A DNA stretch of 64,000 bases from Bacilli bacterium (GTDB lineage: Bacteria > Bacillota_I > Bacilli_A > RFN20 > CAG-826): NCBI GenBank assembly GCA_017635465.1, contig JAGBLL010000036.1, positions 76,078 through 140,077 on the forward strand, in the 5' to 3' direction. Within the stretch, counting starts at the first letter, position 1. Every line of letters starts with the position of its first letter. Under the pieces are notes generated by a model. The model ran no database searches and was not told where the DNA came from. It saw only the letters and a program-made list of their open reading frames with translations. A program made the position numbers and the translations under genes. This document shows, in pieces, positions 1 through 9,281 of the stretch.

Positions 1-121
1 TTATCCCTGCTGTTAATAAGCCTTGTTTTTTATTCCTTTTACTGATGTTTATTAAAATAATGCCAGCCACAATCAGGTGAATAACAATGATAATAAAGAA
101 CGTAAATAAATTAGATGACAT
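1..121 (-). CDS. Membrane protein, N-terminal part only (runs off the window edge)
   Basis: Not in the ORF track. Minus strand from ATG at 121 reads MSSNLFTFFIIIVIHLIVAGIILINISKRNKKQGLLTAGI..., open to position 1, with a hydrophobic helix; TATAAT lies 8 nt upstream (130-135, minus). Confidence 0.6.
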   Translation of the reverse strand, partial: MSSNLFTFFIIIVIHLIVAGIILINISKRNKKQGLLTAGI

Positions 122-240
122 CGATAAATATTATAAACCAATGAAAATATAAAGCAAGTTGACTAGACGTTACACATTTTTCAAAAATATGTCCCCAAAA
201 AATAAAATTATGTGTTTTTATTAATTTCTATTAATAGATG

Positions 241-249
241 TGATACAAT
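241..249 (+). promoter_or_regulatory. Extended -10 promoter (TGnTACAAT) of the pckA-oad operon
   Basis: tgatacaat at 241-249; SD-like agaaagagga precedes the ATG at 303. Confidence 0.5.
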
Positions 250-302
250 GTCTCCGATTTGGGCGTTTTTCGGGTAAACGCTAGAAAGAGGAAACAAAAC
301 AT

Positions 303-1910
303 ATGTCAAATATCGATTTGAACAAGTATGGAATCACTAATGTCAAAGAAGTGGTTTACAACCCATCTTATGACCTTCTCTTCAAAGAGGAAACAAAAGA
401 AACATTAGAAGGCTATGAAAAAGGCCAAGTAACAGAATTAAATGCTGTCAACGTTATGACTGGCATTTACACAGGCAGATCCCCAAAGGATAAGTACATC
501 GTTGTTGATGAAAACAGCAAAGATACCGTTTGGTGGACTTCCGAAGGTTATAAAAATGACAACCACCCAATGAGTGAAAAAGTTTGGGCAGAAGTCAAAG
601 AATTAGCCAAGAAAGAATTATCTGGTAAGAGATTATTCGTTGTTGATGCCTATTGTGGCGCGAACAAGGATACCAGAATGGCGGTCCGCTTCATTATGGA
701 AGTCGCCTGGCAAGCACATTTCGTTAGAAATATGTTCATTAAGCCAACAGAAGAAGAATTAAAGAACTTCGAACCAGACTTCGTCGTTTATACTGCTTCT
801 AAAGCTAAAGTTGAAAATTATAAAGAATTAGGACTTAACTCTGAAACATGTGTTGCGTTCAACATCACAAGCAAAGAACAAGTCATCTTAAATACATGGT
901 ACGGCGGTGAAATGAAGAAAGGTATGTTCTCCATGATGAACTACTACTTACCACTTAAAGGCATTGCCTCAATGCACTGCTCCGCGAACACTGATATGAA
1001 TGGTGAAAATACCGCCATCTTCTTCGGTTTATCCGGTACAGGTAAAACAACATTATCAACCGATCCAAAGAGATTATTAATCGGTGATGATGAACACGGC
1101 TGGGATGACAATGGTGTCTTCAACCTCGAAGGTGGTTGCTACGCTAAAGTCATTAACTTAGATAAAGAAAGCGAACCAGATATTTATAGAGCTATCCGTA
1201 GAGATGCTTTATTAGAAAACGTTACAGTTGACGCCAATGGCAAAATCGATTTCGCTGATAAGAGTGTGACCGAAAATACCCGTGTCAGTTATCCAATCAA
1301 TCACATTGAAAAGATTGTTAAGCCAATTAGCCATGGCCCACACGCTAAGAACGTTATCTTCTTAAGTGCTGATGCCTTTGGTGTCTTACCACCAGTCAGC
1401 ATCTTAACTCCAGAACAAACACAATATTACTTCTTAAGTGGTTTCACAGCGAAACTCGCTGGTACTGAAAGAGGTATTACAGAACCAACACCAACATTCT
1501 CCGCTTGCTTCGGTCAAGCTTTCTTGGAATTACATCCAACAAAATACGCTGAAGAATTAGTGAAGAAAATGAAAGTCAGTGGTGCTAAAGCTTACTTAGT
1601 CAACACTGGTTGGAATGGTACAGGCAAACGTATTTCCATTAAAGATACACGCGGTATCATCGATGCTATCTTAGATGGTTCTATCAACAAAGCCCCAACA
1701 AAGAAAATCCCAGTCTTCGACTTCGAAGTCCCAACTGAATTACCAGGTGTCGATCCAAAGATCTTAGACCCAAGAGATACATATGCTAACCCAGCTGATT
1801 GGGATGCTAAAGCCGCTGATTTAGCTTCTAGATTCGTTAAGAACTTTGTTAAATATGAATCCAATGAAGCTGGTAAAGCCTTAGTCAAAGCGGGCCCAAA
1901 AGCTAAATAA
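303..1910 (+). CDS. pckA: Phosphoenolpyruvate carboxykinase (ATP)
   Basis: [23 protein letters not shown]-loop [20 protein letters not shown] and EGGCYAK motifs; 535 aa. Confidence 0.97.
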   Translation: MSNIDLNKYGITNVKEVVYNPSYDLLFKEETKETLEGYEKGQVTELNAVNVMTGIYTGRSPKDKYIVVDENSKDTVWWTSEGYKNDNHPMSEKVWAEVKELAKKELSGKRLFVVDAYCGANKDTRMAVRFIMEVAWQAHFVRNMFIKPTEEELKNFEPDFVVYTASKAKVENYKELGLNSETCVAFNITSKEQVILNTWYGGEMKKGMFSMMNYYLPLKGIASMHCSANTDMNGENTAIFFGLSGTGKTTLSTDPKRLLIGDDEHGWDDNGVFNLEGGCYAKVINLDKESEPDIYRAIRRDALLENVTVDANGKIDFADKSVTENTRVSYPINHIEKIVKPISHGPHAKNVIFLSADAFGVLPPVSILTPEQTQYYFLSGFTAKLAGTERGITEPTPTFSACFGQAFLELHPTKYAEELVKKMKVSGAKAYLVNTGWNGTGKRISIKDTRGIIDAILDGSINKAPTKKIPVFDFEVPTELPGVDPKILDPRDTYANPADWDAKAADLASRFVKNFVKYESNEAGKALVKAGPKAK

Positions 1911-1923
1911 GTAAGGAAAAATT

Positions 1924-3294
1924 ATGGGTGTTAAAATTGTTGAAACAGGCCTAAGAGATGGCCATCAATCATTATTCGCCACAAGAATGAACACCGAAGA
2001 AGTTCTTTGTGCTTTAAAGGAACTCGATCAAGTTGGTTACCACGCCATTGAAATTTGGGGTGGTGCCACATTCGATGCATGTTTAAGATTCTTAAATGAA
2101 GATCCATGGGAAAGACTTAGACTTGCTAAAAAAGTTTGTAAGAAAACAAAACTTCAAATGTTATTCCGTGGCCAAAACATTCTCGGTTATCGTCACTACG
2201 CTGATGATGTCGTTGAAAAATTCGTTGAAAAATCCATCAAGAATGGTATCGATATCATTCGTATTTTCGACGCTTTAAACGATATCCGTAACTTAGAATG
2301 TGCGGTTAAAGCCACTAAGAAATATGGTGGTGAATGCCAAATTGCTTTAAGCTATACAACTTCTCCAGTTCACACTGTTGAATACTATGTTAACTTAGCT
2401 AAAGAAATTGAAAAATTAGGTGCTGATAGTATTTGTATTAAAGATATGGCGGGTGTCATGATGCCAACCGCTGCTTATGAATTAATCAGTGCTTTAAAGA
2501 AAAACACCAAATTACCAATTGAGTTACATTCTCACTGCACTGGTGGTTTGTGTGAAATGACATATTTAAAAGCCATTGAAGCGGGTGTTGATATTGTCGA
2601 CTGCGCAATCAGCCCATTAAGTGGTGGCACATCACAACCATGTACAGAATCACTTAACTTTGCTCTTCAAGGCACAGAATATGATCCAAAACTTAACGTT
2701 GCAATGTTAAACGCTGCCGCTGCTAAATTGGCACCAGTCAAAGCTAAATACATTGCTAACGGTTTATTAAATCCAAAAGTTTTATCCGTCAATGCGAACA
2801 TTATTAAATACCAAGTTCCTGGCGGTATGTTATCTAACTTAATCAATCAACTTAAGCAACAAGATGCTTCTGATAGATTAGATGAAGTTTTAGCGGAAGT
2901 TCCAAATGTTCGTAAGGATATGGGCTATCCTCCACTTGTTACTCCATTATCACAAATGGTTGGTACGCAAGCAGTTTTAAATGTTCTTTCTGGTGAAAGA
3001 TACAAAATTGTTCCAAAGGAAATCAACGATTATTTACATGGTAGATATGGTAGATCTCCAGCACCAGTTGATGAAGATATCCGTAGAAAGATTATCGGTG
3101 ATGACCAAGTCATTACATATCGTCCAGCGGATGATTTAAAACCAGAATTTGAAGAACTTAAGAAACAATACAAAGGCATTGCAAAAAGTGATGAAGACGT
3201 CTTATCCATCGCTTTATTCGGTGATGTCGCTATTAAATTTATTGAGCAAAGAAACGAAGATGCAATTCCTACGCTCATTCACGTTGAGGCATAA
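1924..3294 (+). CDS. oadA: Oxaloacetate decarboxylase alpha / pyruvate carboxyltransferase subunit (no biotin domain)
   Basis: RDGHQSL, WGGATFD, IKDMAG, HSH, YQVPGGM and LVTPLSQMVG motifs; 456 aa; lacks the AMKM biotinyl domain. Confidence 0.88.
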   Translation: MGVKIVETGLRDGHQSLFATRMNTEEVLCALKELDQVGYHAIEIWGGATFDACLRFLNEDPWERLRLAKKVCKKTKLQMLFRGQNILGYRHYADDVVEKFVEKSIKNGIDIIRIFDALNDIRNLECAVKATKKYGGECQIALSYTTSPVHTVEYYVNLAKEIEKLGADSICIKDMAGVMMPTAAYELISALKKNTKLPIELHSHCTGGLCEMTYLKAIEAGVDIVDCAISPLSGGTSQPCTESLNFALQGTEYDPKLNVAMLNAAAAKLAPVKAKYIANGLLNPKVLSVNANIIKYQVPGGMLSNLINQLKQQDASDRLDEVLAEVPNVRKDMGYPPLVTPLSQMVGTQAVLNVLSGERYKIVPKEINDYLHGRYGRSPAPVDEDIRRKIIGDDQVITYRPADDLKPEFEELKKQYKGIAKSDEDVLSIALFGDVAIKFIEQRNEDAIPTLIHVEA

Positions 3295-3297
3295 TTT

Positions 3298-3597
3298 ATG
3301 TTTTTAGCGGTTTGGACAAATTGGGAATCAATGAACGTTGCTGAGGCACTCTTAGTCGCGGTCATTGCTATATTCATCGTCTTCCTTGTCCTCGCTATTA
3401 TCATTTTCATTACTTGGTCAATGCAAAAAGGCATGGAGAAAATCGATGCCAGCACAAACATTCTTCCACGTGATGAAAATAAGATTTTAAGCGAAGATGA
3501 AAACGCTGTAGTGGCCGCTTTAGTGGCTTCTATGGAGTTCTATCGTGAGACAGGCAAAGAAGTACGTATTGTTTCTATTAAAAGAATTGAGGACTAG
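3298..3597 (+). CDS. OadG-family (gamma) subunit of Na+-translocating decarboxylase
   Basis: Single TM helix (AIFIVFLVLAIII), then an ENAVVAALVAS segment and a C-terminal IVSIKRI; position in the operon. Confidence 0.75.
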   Translation: MFLAVWTNWESMNVAEALLVAVIAIFIVFLVLAIIIFITWSMQKGMEKIDASTNILPRDENKILSEDENAVVAALVASMEFYRETGKEVRIVSIKRIED

Positions 3598-3600
3598 TTT

Positions 3601-3945
3601 ATGAAGATTTATAAAATCAAAGTGAACGGTAAATCATACCGTGTGGAACTTGAAGCTATTGAACAAATCGATACTGTTCCATTAGAAGAAAAGAAAAAAC
3701 AAGAATCTAAAAAGATTATTAATAACGATGGTGCTAAAGAAGTGGTTTCCCCAATCCAAGGCCAAGTTGTTAATATCAAAGTCAAACCAGGTGACAAAGT
3801 GCAAAAAGGTGATGTCTTATTAATCATCGAAGCTATGAAACTTGAAAATGAAGTCGTTTCTCCATTTGAAGGTCAAGTAGCACAAATCTTAGTCACTAAA
3901 GGTCAAAACGTGAAAGCTAAGGAAGCAATCATCACTATTGAATAA
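3601..3945 (+). CDS. Biotin carboxyl carrier protein of the decarboxylase
   Basis: N-terminal YKIKVNGKSYRVE and the biotinylation motif IEAMKLEN. Confidence 0.9.
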   Translation: MKIYKIKVNGKSYRVELEAIEQIDTVPLEEKKKQESKKIINNDGAKEVVSPIQGQVVNIKVKPGDKVQKGDVLLIIEAMKLENEVVSPFEGQVAQILVTKGQNVKAKEAIITIE

Positions 3946-3957
3946 CGGATTACTAAT

Positions 3958-5340
3958 ATGGAAAAATTTTGGAATACAATTGTAGCGTTTTTCCAACAAT
4001 CCGGTATTGCGGGCTTTTTTGCCAACGGAGGATGGCTCAATCTCATCATGATTGTCGTGGCGTGTGTGCTCTTGTTCCTCGCCATCAAGAAAGACTTTGA
4101 ACCATACCTACTCTTACCAATTGCGTTTGGTATGTTACTCGTTAACTTACCATATGTTGGTCAAGAAATATTTAATAAAGGCGCGACGGAATATAACGCC
4201 ATTTCCTTAGCCGCCCAAGTTGGTTTATCACAAGCCCAGAGTCAATATATATTTACTCAACTAGGTGTTGATACAGCGACTACAAAACAATTACATGAAT
4301 TAGTGATGAAGTCGGACTTCTTATCTGGAGAAGCCTTAACATTAGGTTTCAACAGCACGATTGTTTCGAACATTGATCACTTATACAACTATGACTATAG
4401 TGGTATCTTCGGATTCCTCTACTATGGTGTTAAATGGGGTATCTACCCATGTTTAATCTTCTTATGTATTGGTGCGACCACTGACTTTGGTCCATTAATC
4501 GCTAATAAGAAGACTATGTTATTAGGTGCTGCTGCTCAAATTGGTATCTTTATTACCTTTATCGGTGCAATTGCCTTAGGTAAAAACGGCTTAGGTTGGA
4601 CACAATTTGATGCACGTATCGCTTCTTCCATCGGTATCATCGGTGGTGCTGATGGCCCAACCGCTATCTTGGTTACAACTAAGTTAGCTCCTGAATATCT
4701 ATCATCTATTGCCATTGTTGCTTACTCATACATGGCTTTAGTGCCAGTTATTCAACCTCCAATTATTAGACTCTTAACCACCAAAAAGGAAAGAGCTATC
4801 AGAATGGATACTCCTAGAGAAGTTTCTAAAACTGAAAAGATCTTATTCCCAATCGTGGTTACTGCAATTACAGTCTTAATCGTTCCAAGTGCGGCACCAT
4901 TAATCGGTTGCTTAATGCTTGGTAACTTAATTAAAGAATCTGGTGTTGTACCAAAGATTAGAGATACATTAGCAAATAGCTTAATGTACATCGTCACTAT
5001 CTTATTAGGTGTCTGTGTTGGTATGACCGCTGATGCACAAACATTCTTAACCTTAGATACAATTCTTATCTTCGTCTTAGGTATCGTCGCCTTCGCTGTT
5101 GCGACTGCTGCTGGTGTCTTGGGTGGTAAGTTAATGTGTGTCTTAACTAAAGGCAAAGTTAACCCAATGATTGGTGCTGCTGGTGTCTCTGCTGTCCCAA
5201 TGGCGGCTCGTGTCGTCCATAAAGAAGGACTTAGAGAAGATCCAACAAACTTCTTGTTAATGCACGCGATGGGTCCAAACGTTGCCGGTGTTATCGGCTC
5301 CGCTGTCGCGGCAGGTGTCTTACTCCTCTTATTCGCGTAA
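3958..5340 (+). CDS. oadB: Na+-translocating decarboxylase beta subunit
   Basis: EPYLLLPIAFG, LGAAAQIG, IGIIGGADGPT, AGVSAVPMAARV and HAMGPNVAGVIGS motifs; polytopic membrane protein. Confidence 0.93.
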   Translation: MEKFWNTIVAFFQQSGIAGFFANGGWLNLIMIVVACVLLFLAIKKDFEPYLLLPIAFGMLLVNLPYVGQEIFNKGATEYNAISLAAQVGLSQAQSQYIFTQLGVDTATTKQLHELVMKSDFLSGEALTLGFNSTIVSNIDHLYNYDYSGIFGFLYYGVKWGIYPCLIFLCIGATTDFGPLIANKKTMLLGAAAQIGIFITFIGAIALGKNGLGWTQFDARIASSIGIIGGADGPTAILVTTKLAPEYLSSIAIVAYSYMALVPVIQPPIIRLLTTKKERAIRMDTPREVSKTEKILFPIVVTAITVLIVPSAAPLIGCLMLGNLIKESGVVPKIRDTLANSLMYIVTILLGVCVGMTADAQTFLTLDTILIFVLGIVAFAVATAAGVLGGKLMCVLTKGKVNPMIGAAGVSAVPMAARVVHKEGLREDPTNFLLMHAMGPNVAGVIGSAVAAGVLLLLFA

Positions 5341-5360
5341 TAAGAAAACCCGAAAAAAGC

Positions 5361-5391
5361 AAAAGTCTTCGCTTAAAGCGGAGGCTTTTTT
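5361..5391 (+). terminator. Intrinsic terminator of the pckA-oad operon
   Basis: aaaagtcttcgc-ttaaa-gcggaggctttttt hairpin plus U-tract. Confidence 0.75.
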
Positions 5392-5407
5392 GATTTACAA
5401 TTATTAT

Positions 5408-6112
5408 ATGCAATATAAAGAAATTCATTTTGATGAAATAGATTCCACGAATACATATCTAAAAAATGCTTATCGCTTATTAGATAACTTTACTTTTGCT
5501 TCCACTGATTACCAAAGCCATGGTAAAGGCAGAAATGATAGAATTTGGAATAGTAACAAAGGTGAGAATTTAATGTTTTCATTTTTGATTAAAGATGAAT
5601 CATTATTAAAACTAGCGCCTATTATTTCTCTTTTAAGCGCTGTAGAAATCGCTAAAGCGTTAGAGACATATAAAATCAAAGATGTCAGCATAAAATGGCC
5701 TAATGACGTCATTATTGGCGATAAAAAGGTATGTGGTATTTTAGCGGAAGGTGAATTACCTAATTATCTAGTAGTGGGCATAGGTGTAAACGTTAATCAA
5801 AAGGTTTTTCCTGAAGGATTAAGAAGACCCGCAACATCTATTTATAATGTTTTAAATAAAGAGACTAATATTAATGAATTAAAGGAAAAACTGTTCCCAT
5901 CAATAGTGAATAACTTGATTAATTTAGATTCTAATAATTATTTGGAATACTTTAGAAATCATAATTATTTACTAAATAAAAGAGTACGTGTATTAGTTAA
6001 TAACGAAATCTTTATTGGCGAAGTAAAAGGTATTGACGATAACTTTTGCTTACAGATACTAAGTCATGATATTCTTTTACACATCGATAGTGGTGAAATA
6101 GAAATCTTATGA
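5408..6112 (+). CDS. birA: Biotin-[acetyl-CoA-carboxylase] ligase, monofunctional (no HTH)
   Basis: DSTN, QSHGKGR, KWPND and KKVCGIL motifs. The real start is most likely ATG 5408 (MQYKEIHF); the ORF-track extension overlaps oadB and its terminator. Confidence 0.9.
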   Translation: MQYKEIHFDEIDSTNTYLKNAYRLLDNFTFASTDYQSHGKGRNDRIWNSNKGENLMFSFLIKDESLLKLAPIISLLSAVEIAKALETYKIKDVSIKWPNDVIIGDKKVCGILAEGELPNYLVVGIGVNVNQKVFPEGLRRPATSIYNVLNKETNINELKEKLFPSIVNNLINLDSNNYLEYFRNHNYLLNKRVRVLVNNEIFIGEVKGIDDNFCLQILSHDILLHIDSGEIEIL

Positions 6113-6774
6113 AATTATTAGGTAAAGAAATAAAAGCAGTGATTCTCGATATGGATGGAACATTAATTGATTCCACCTCTTTATGGCAAGATATTGACCG
6201 TAAATTCTTCGAAAAAAGAGGAATGAAAGTTCCTGAAGAATACGCTCAACATATTGTTCATCTCGGCTTAGAACAAGCTGCAGAATACACTAAAAAGGCA
6301 TATGGTTTCAAAGAATCACCAAAAGAAATCATTGAAGAATGGCATCAAATGTCACTCAATATTTATCAAAATGATGTGGAATTAAAAGAGGGCGCAATCG
6401 CCTTATTAGAATATTTAAGAACTACTGATGTTAAAACAGCAATTGCCACCGCAAACGATGAAGCATTATATCGACCATGCGTTGAAAGATTAGATATTGA
6501 AAAATATTTTGATTTTATCGCGGACGTGAGTGTGGTTAAAGAAGGTAAACATAGCGCGAAGATTTATCAATATCTCGCTGATAAGATGGGTGCTTTACCA
6601 GAAAATACTTTAGTCGTGGAAGATATGCCAACATGTATTAAAACCGCACATGATGCTGGTTTTGTAACTGTAGCAATCTATGATAAGAATTCCAGCAAAT
6701 ACGATAATGAAAAGAGATCCAATTCGGACCTCTTCATCAATAATTTAAATGAATTAATCGCCGCCTTAAAGTAG
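6109..6774 (+). CDS. HAD-superfamily phosphatase
   Basis: DMDGTLIDS motif I, AT motif II, K and VED motifs; ATGA overlap with birA. Confidence 0.88.
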   Translation: MKLLGKEIKAVILDMDGTLIDSTSLWQDIDRKFFEKRGMKVPEEYAQHIVHLGLEQAAEYTKKAYGFKESPKEIIEEWHQMSLNIYQNDVELKEGAIALLEYLRTTDVKTAIATANDEALYRPCVERLDIEKYFDFIADVSVVKEGKHSAKIYQYLADKMGALPENTLVVEDMPTCIKTAHDAGFVTVAIYDKNSSKYDNEKRSNSDLFINNLNELIAALK

Positions 6775-7764
6775 GTCGACGTTGTGCTTTTTAAATTCTT
6801 TAATATCTTCTTCTGGCCAATAGGAGGACTGCACTTCTCCGATGTGGATCTTTTTCAATAAATACATACAAAGTCTAGATTGACCAATACCACCGCCTAT
6901 AGAAAGTGGTAAATCATCGTTTAAGATTGATTTGTGATATGGAAGATTAACTTTACTCATTTCACCCTTGGCTTTTAATTGTCTAATTAAAGAATCTTTA
7001 TTAACTCTGATACCCATGCTGGATATTTCAAAAGCGATTTGTAATGGTTCATACCAAAGTAAGATATCCCCATTTAATTTCCAATCATCATAGTCAGCGG
7101 CACGCCCATCATGTGGCTTGCCGTCTTTTAGATTAGCGCCGATTTGCATTAAGAAGACGACACCATATTCCTTAGCGATAGCGTTTTCTCTTTCTTTTCT
7201 AGAGAGGTTTGGATATTTAGCTTCTAACTGTTTAGTGGTCACAAAAGTAATATCTTTTGGGAAATCATTAGCTAGTTCTGGATATTTTTTAATTAATAAG
7301 CGGTATGTTTTTAAGAAAGCTTTATAAATCTTTTTAACAATGCGCTTTAAAGTTTTAACATTCCTTTCTTCTGGCAAAAGTCTTCTTTCCCAGTCCCATT
7401 GGTCAACATATAAGGAATGCATATTATCAAGATCTTCAAATCTTCTAATCGCATTCATATCGGTATATAAGCCGTCGATATCATATTTCTTTAAAGCATA
7501 TCTTTTCCATTTCGCTAAAGATTGGACGATTTCTAAATCTTGTCCGTTTTCATTGACAATAAAATCAACAGGTTTTTCATAACCATTCAAGTTATCGTTT
7601 AAACCAGTATTTGGCTCTACGAAAAGTGGGGCACTGACTCTCATTAAATCGAGCTCTTTAGCGAGCTCTCTTTCAAATGTATCTTTAATTAATTTAATGG
7701 CAATTTGTGTATCCACTAAGTTGAGAATACTTTGATAGTTTTTTGGATAGATGTTGTTTTTCAT
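6766..7764 (-). CDS. asnA: Aspartate--ammonia ligase (asparagine synthetase A)
   Basis: VQSLAKWKR, YVDQWDWE, HDGRAADYDDW and SIGGGIGQSR motifs. Confidence 0.95.
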   Translation of the reverse strand: MKNNIYPKNYQSILNLVDTQIAIKLIKDTFERELAKELDLMRVSAPLFVEPNTGLNDNLNGYEKPVDFIVNENGQDLEIVQSLAKWKRYALKKYDIDGLYTDMNAIRRFEDLDNMHSLYVDQWDWERRLLPEERNVKTLKRIVKKIYKAFLKTYRLLIKKYPELANDFPKDITFVTTKQLEAKYPNLSRKERENAIAKEYGVVFLMQIGANLKDGKPHDGRAADYDDWKLNGDILLWYEPLQIAFEISSMGIRVNKDSLIRQLKAKGEMSKVNLPYHKSILNDDLPLSIGGGIGQSRLCMYLLKKIHIGEVQSSYWPEEDIKEFKKHNVDLL

Positions 7765-7765
7765 G

Positions 7766-8278
7766 CTAGATAATATCTTTCTTGTTTTTATTTTTATATG
7801 TTGTAAATCTGATTTCTAAATCACCATCCATGATAGGGGTGCCTTCATCGATGCATTCAAAATCTGGATTCTCATCCAAATTCACAAAGAATACTTCCGC
7901 TCCTCCATCAGCGTTGACTTTAGTTAAATATACTTCATCAACATATGGTAATGTTTGTCTATAGATAGAAGCGCCACCAATAACGAATACCGTGTCGCTT
8001 GTTTCATATTCTTTCATTTTTCTTAAGAAGTCTTCGAAACTATGAACATTAATAACATCATCATAGTTATGAGTGGGATCTTGAGATAAGACAATATTTG
8101 TTCTATTTTTAAGTGGTTTACTACCTGGGAAAGATAATAAAGTATTTTCACCCATACAAACCACATGCCCTTTAGTGGTTTCTCTAAAAAACTTCATGTC
8201 TAAAGGTAAAGAGAATAATAAACCATTTCTCTTACCGATACCATATTTTTTATCGCAGTTAAGAATTGAAATAATCAT
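7766..8278 (-). CDS. folA: Dihydrofolate reductase
   Basis: GIG, DMKFFR, PLKNRTNIVLS and VIGGASIY motifs; directly downstream of thyA. Confidence 0.92.
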   Translation of the reverse strand: MIISILNCDKKYGIGKRNGLLFSLPLDMKFFRETTKGHVVCMGENTLLSFPGSKPLKNRTNIVLSQDPTHNYDDVINVHSFEDFLRKMKEYETSDTVFVIGGASIYRQTLPYVDEVYLTKVNADGGAEVFFVNLDENPDFECIDEGTPIMDGDLEIRFTTYKNKNKKDII

Positions 8279-8279
8279 A

Positions 8280-9110
8280 TTAGATGGCCACTGGAATCTT
8301 CTTATCTAAAGGTTCGTATTCGTAATCAATGAGTTCGAAGTCTTCCACTTTGAAATCATAGAAGTTTTTAACGTTTGGATTCATTTTTAATTTAGGCGCC
8401 TTATGTTGAGGTTTAGCAATAACTTCTTTAACGATATCAACATGTCTATCATAGATATGCGCATCAGCGATAACGTGAACAAGTTCGCCCGCTTTTAAGC
8501 CAGATACTTGGGCAAACATCATTAATAATAAGGCGTATTGTAAAACGTTCCAGTTATTCGCGGTTAACATATCGTTACTTCTTTGATTTAAGATACCGTT
8601 TAATGTATCGCCACTGACATTAAATGTCATAGAGTAAGCACATGGATAAAGATTCATTTCGTGTAAATCTTCAAAGTTATAAATATTAGTCATAATTCTT
8701 CTTGATTGAGGATTATGCTTTAAGTCATATAAAACTCTATCGACTTGATCGAATTCACCTTCTGGATAGATAGATTTCTTTGCTAATTGATAGCCATAGG
8801 CTTTACCAATTGAACCATTTTCATCAGCCCAGGAATCCCAAATGTGAGATTTTAAATCGTGGATATTATTGGATTTCTTTTGCCAAATCCAAAGGAGTTC
8901 ATCTAAACAGCTTTTGAACGCTGTTCTTCTAATAGTTAAGATTGGTAACTCTTCTTGAAGATTGTATCTATTAACAATACAAAACTTTTTGACTGTATGC
9001 GCGGGAGTACCATCTTCCCAATGTGGTCTGACTTTTAAATCAGTATCCCAAAATCCATTCTCAAGAATGTCTTTCATATTGTTAACAAAAATTTCATCTG
9101 CTTTAGACAT
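8280..9110 (-). CDS. thyA: Thymidylate synthase
   Basis: IWDSW, catalytic LYPC, QRSND and HIYDRH motifs. Start set at ATG 9110 (MSKADE) behind a gaggt SD. Confidence 0.95.
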   Translation of the reverse strand: MSKADEIFVNNMKDILENGFWDTDLKVRPHWEDGTPAHTVKKFCIVNRYNLQEELPILTIRRTAFKSCLDELLWIWQKKSNNIHDLKSHIWDSWADENGSIGKAYGYQLAKKSIYPEGEFDQVDRVLYDLKHNPQSRRIMTNIYNFEDLHEMNLYPCAYSMTFNVSGDTLNGILNQRSNDMLTANNWNVLQYALLLMMFAQVSGLKAGELVHVIADAHIYDRHVDIVKEVIAKPQHKAPKLKMNPNVKNFYDFKVEDFELIDYEYEPLDKKIPVAI

Positions 9111-9281
9111 ATCGTTACCTCGCAATGTAAACATTATATGAAAAAATCCCTTATTCTTAAAGGAAAAGAATAAGAAATATAGACTGCGTATAAAAAAGTC
9201 AGATAAAAACTGAATAATAGAAATGTAAAAACTTTTTCTATTATTTAAAATAATATTAAAAGTATTTTATAATATATACAC

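Noticed and set aside
250-300. Small hairpins in the pckA leader (and in the ppdK leader near 60800) as riboswitches
   Set aside because: Too short, with no recognisable aptamer consensus or expression platform.
5282-5407. N-terminal extensions in the ORF track for birA (also thyA, htpG, GH3-2, RR2, the 43921 lipoprotein and the nitroreductase)
   Set aside because: They run through terminators or promoters, or precede better SD/homology-supported starts, so downstream ATGs were chosen.
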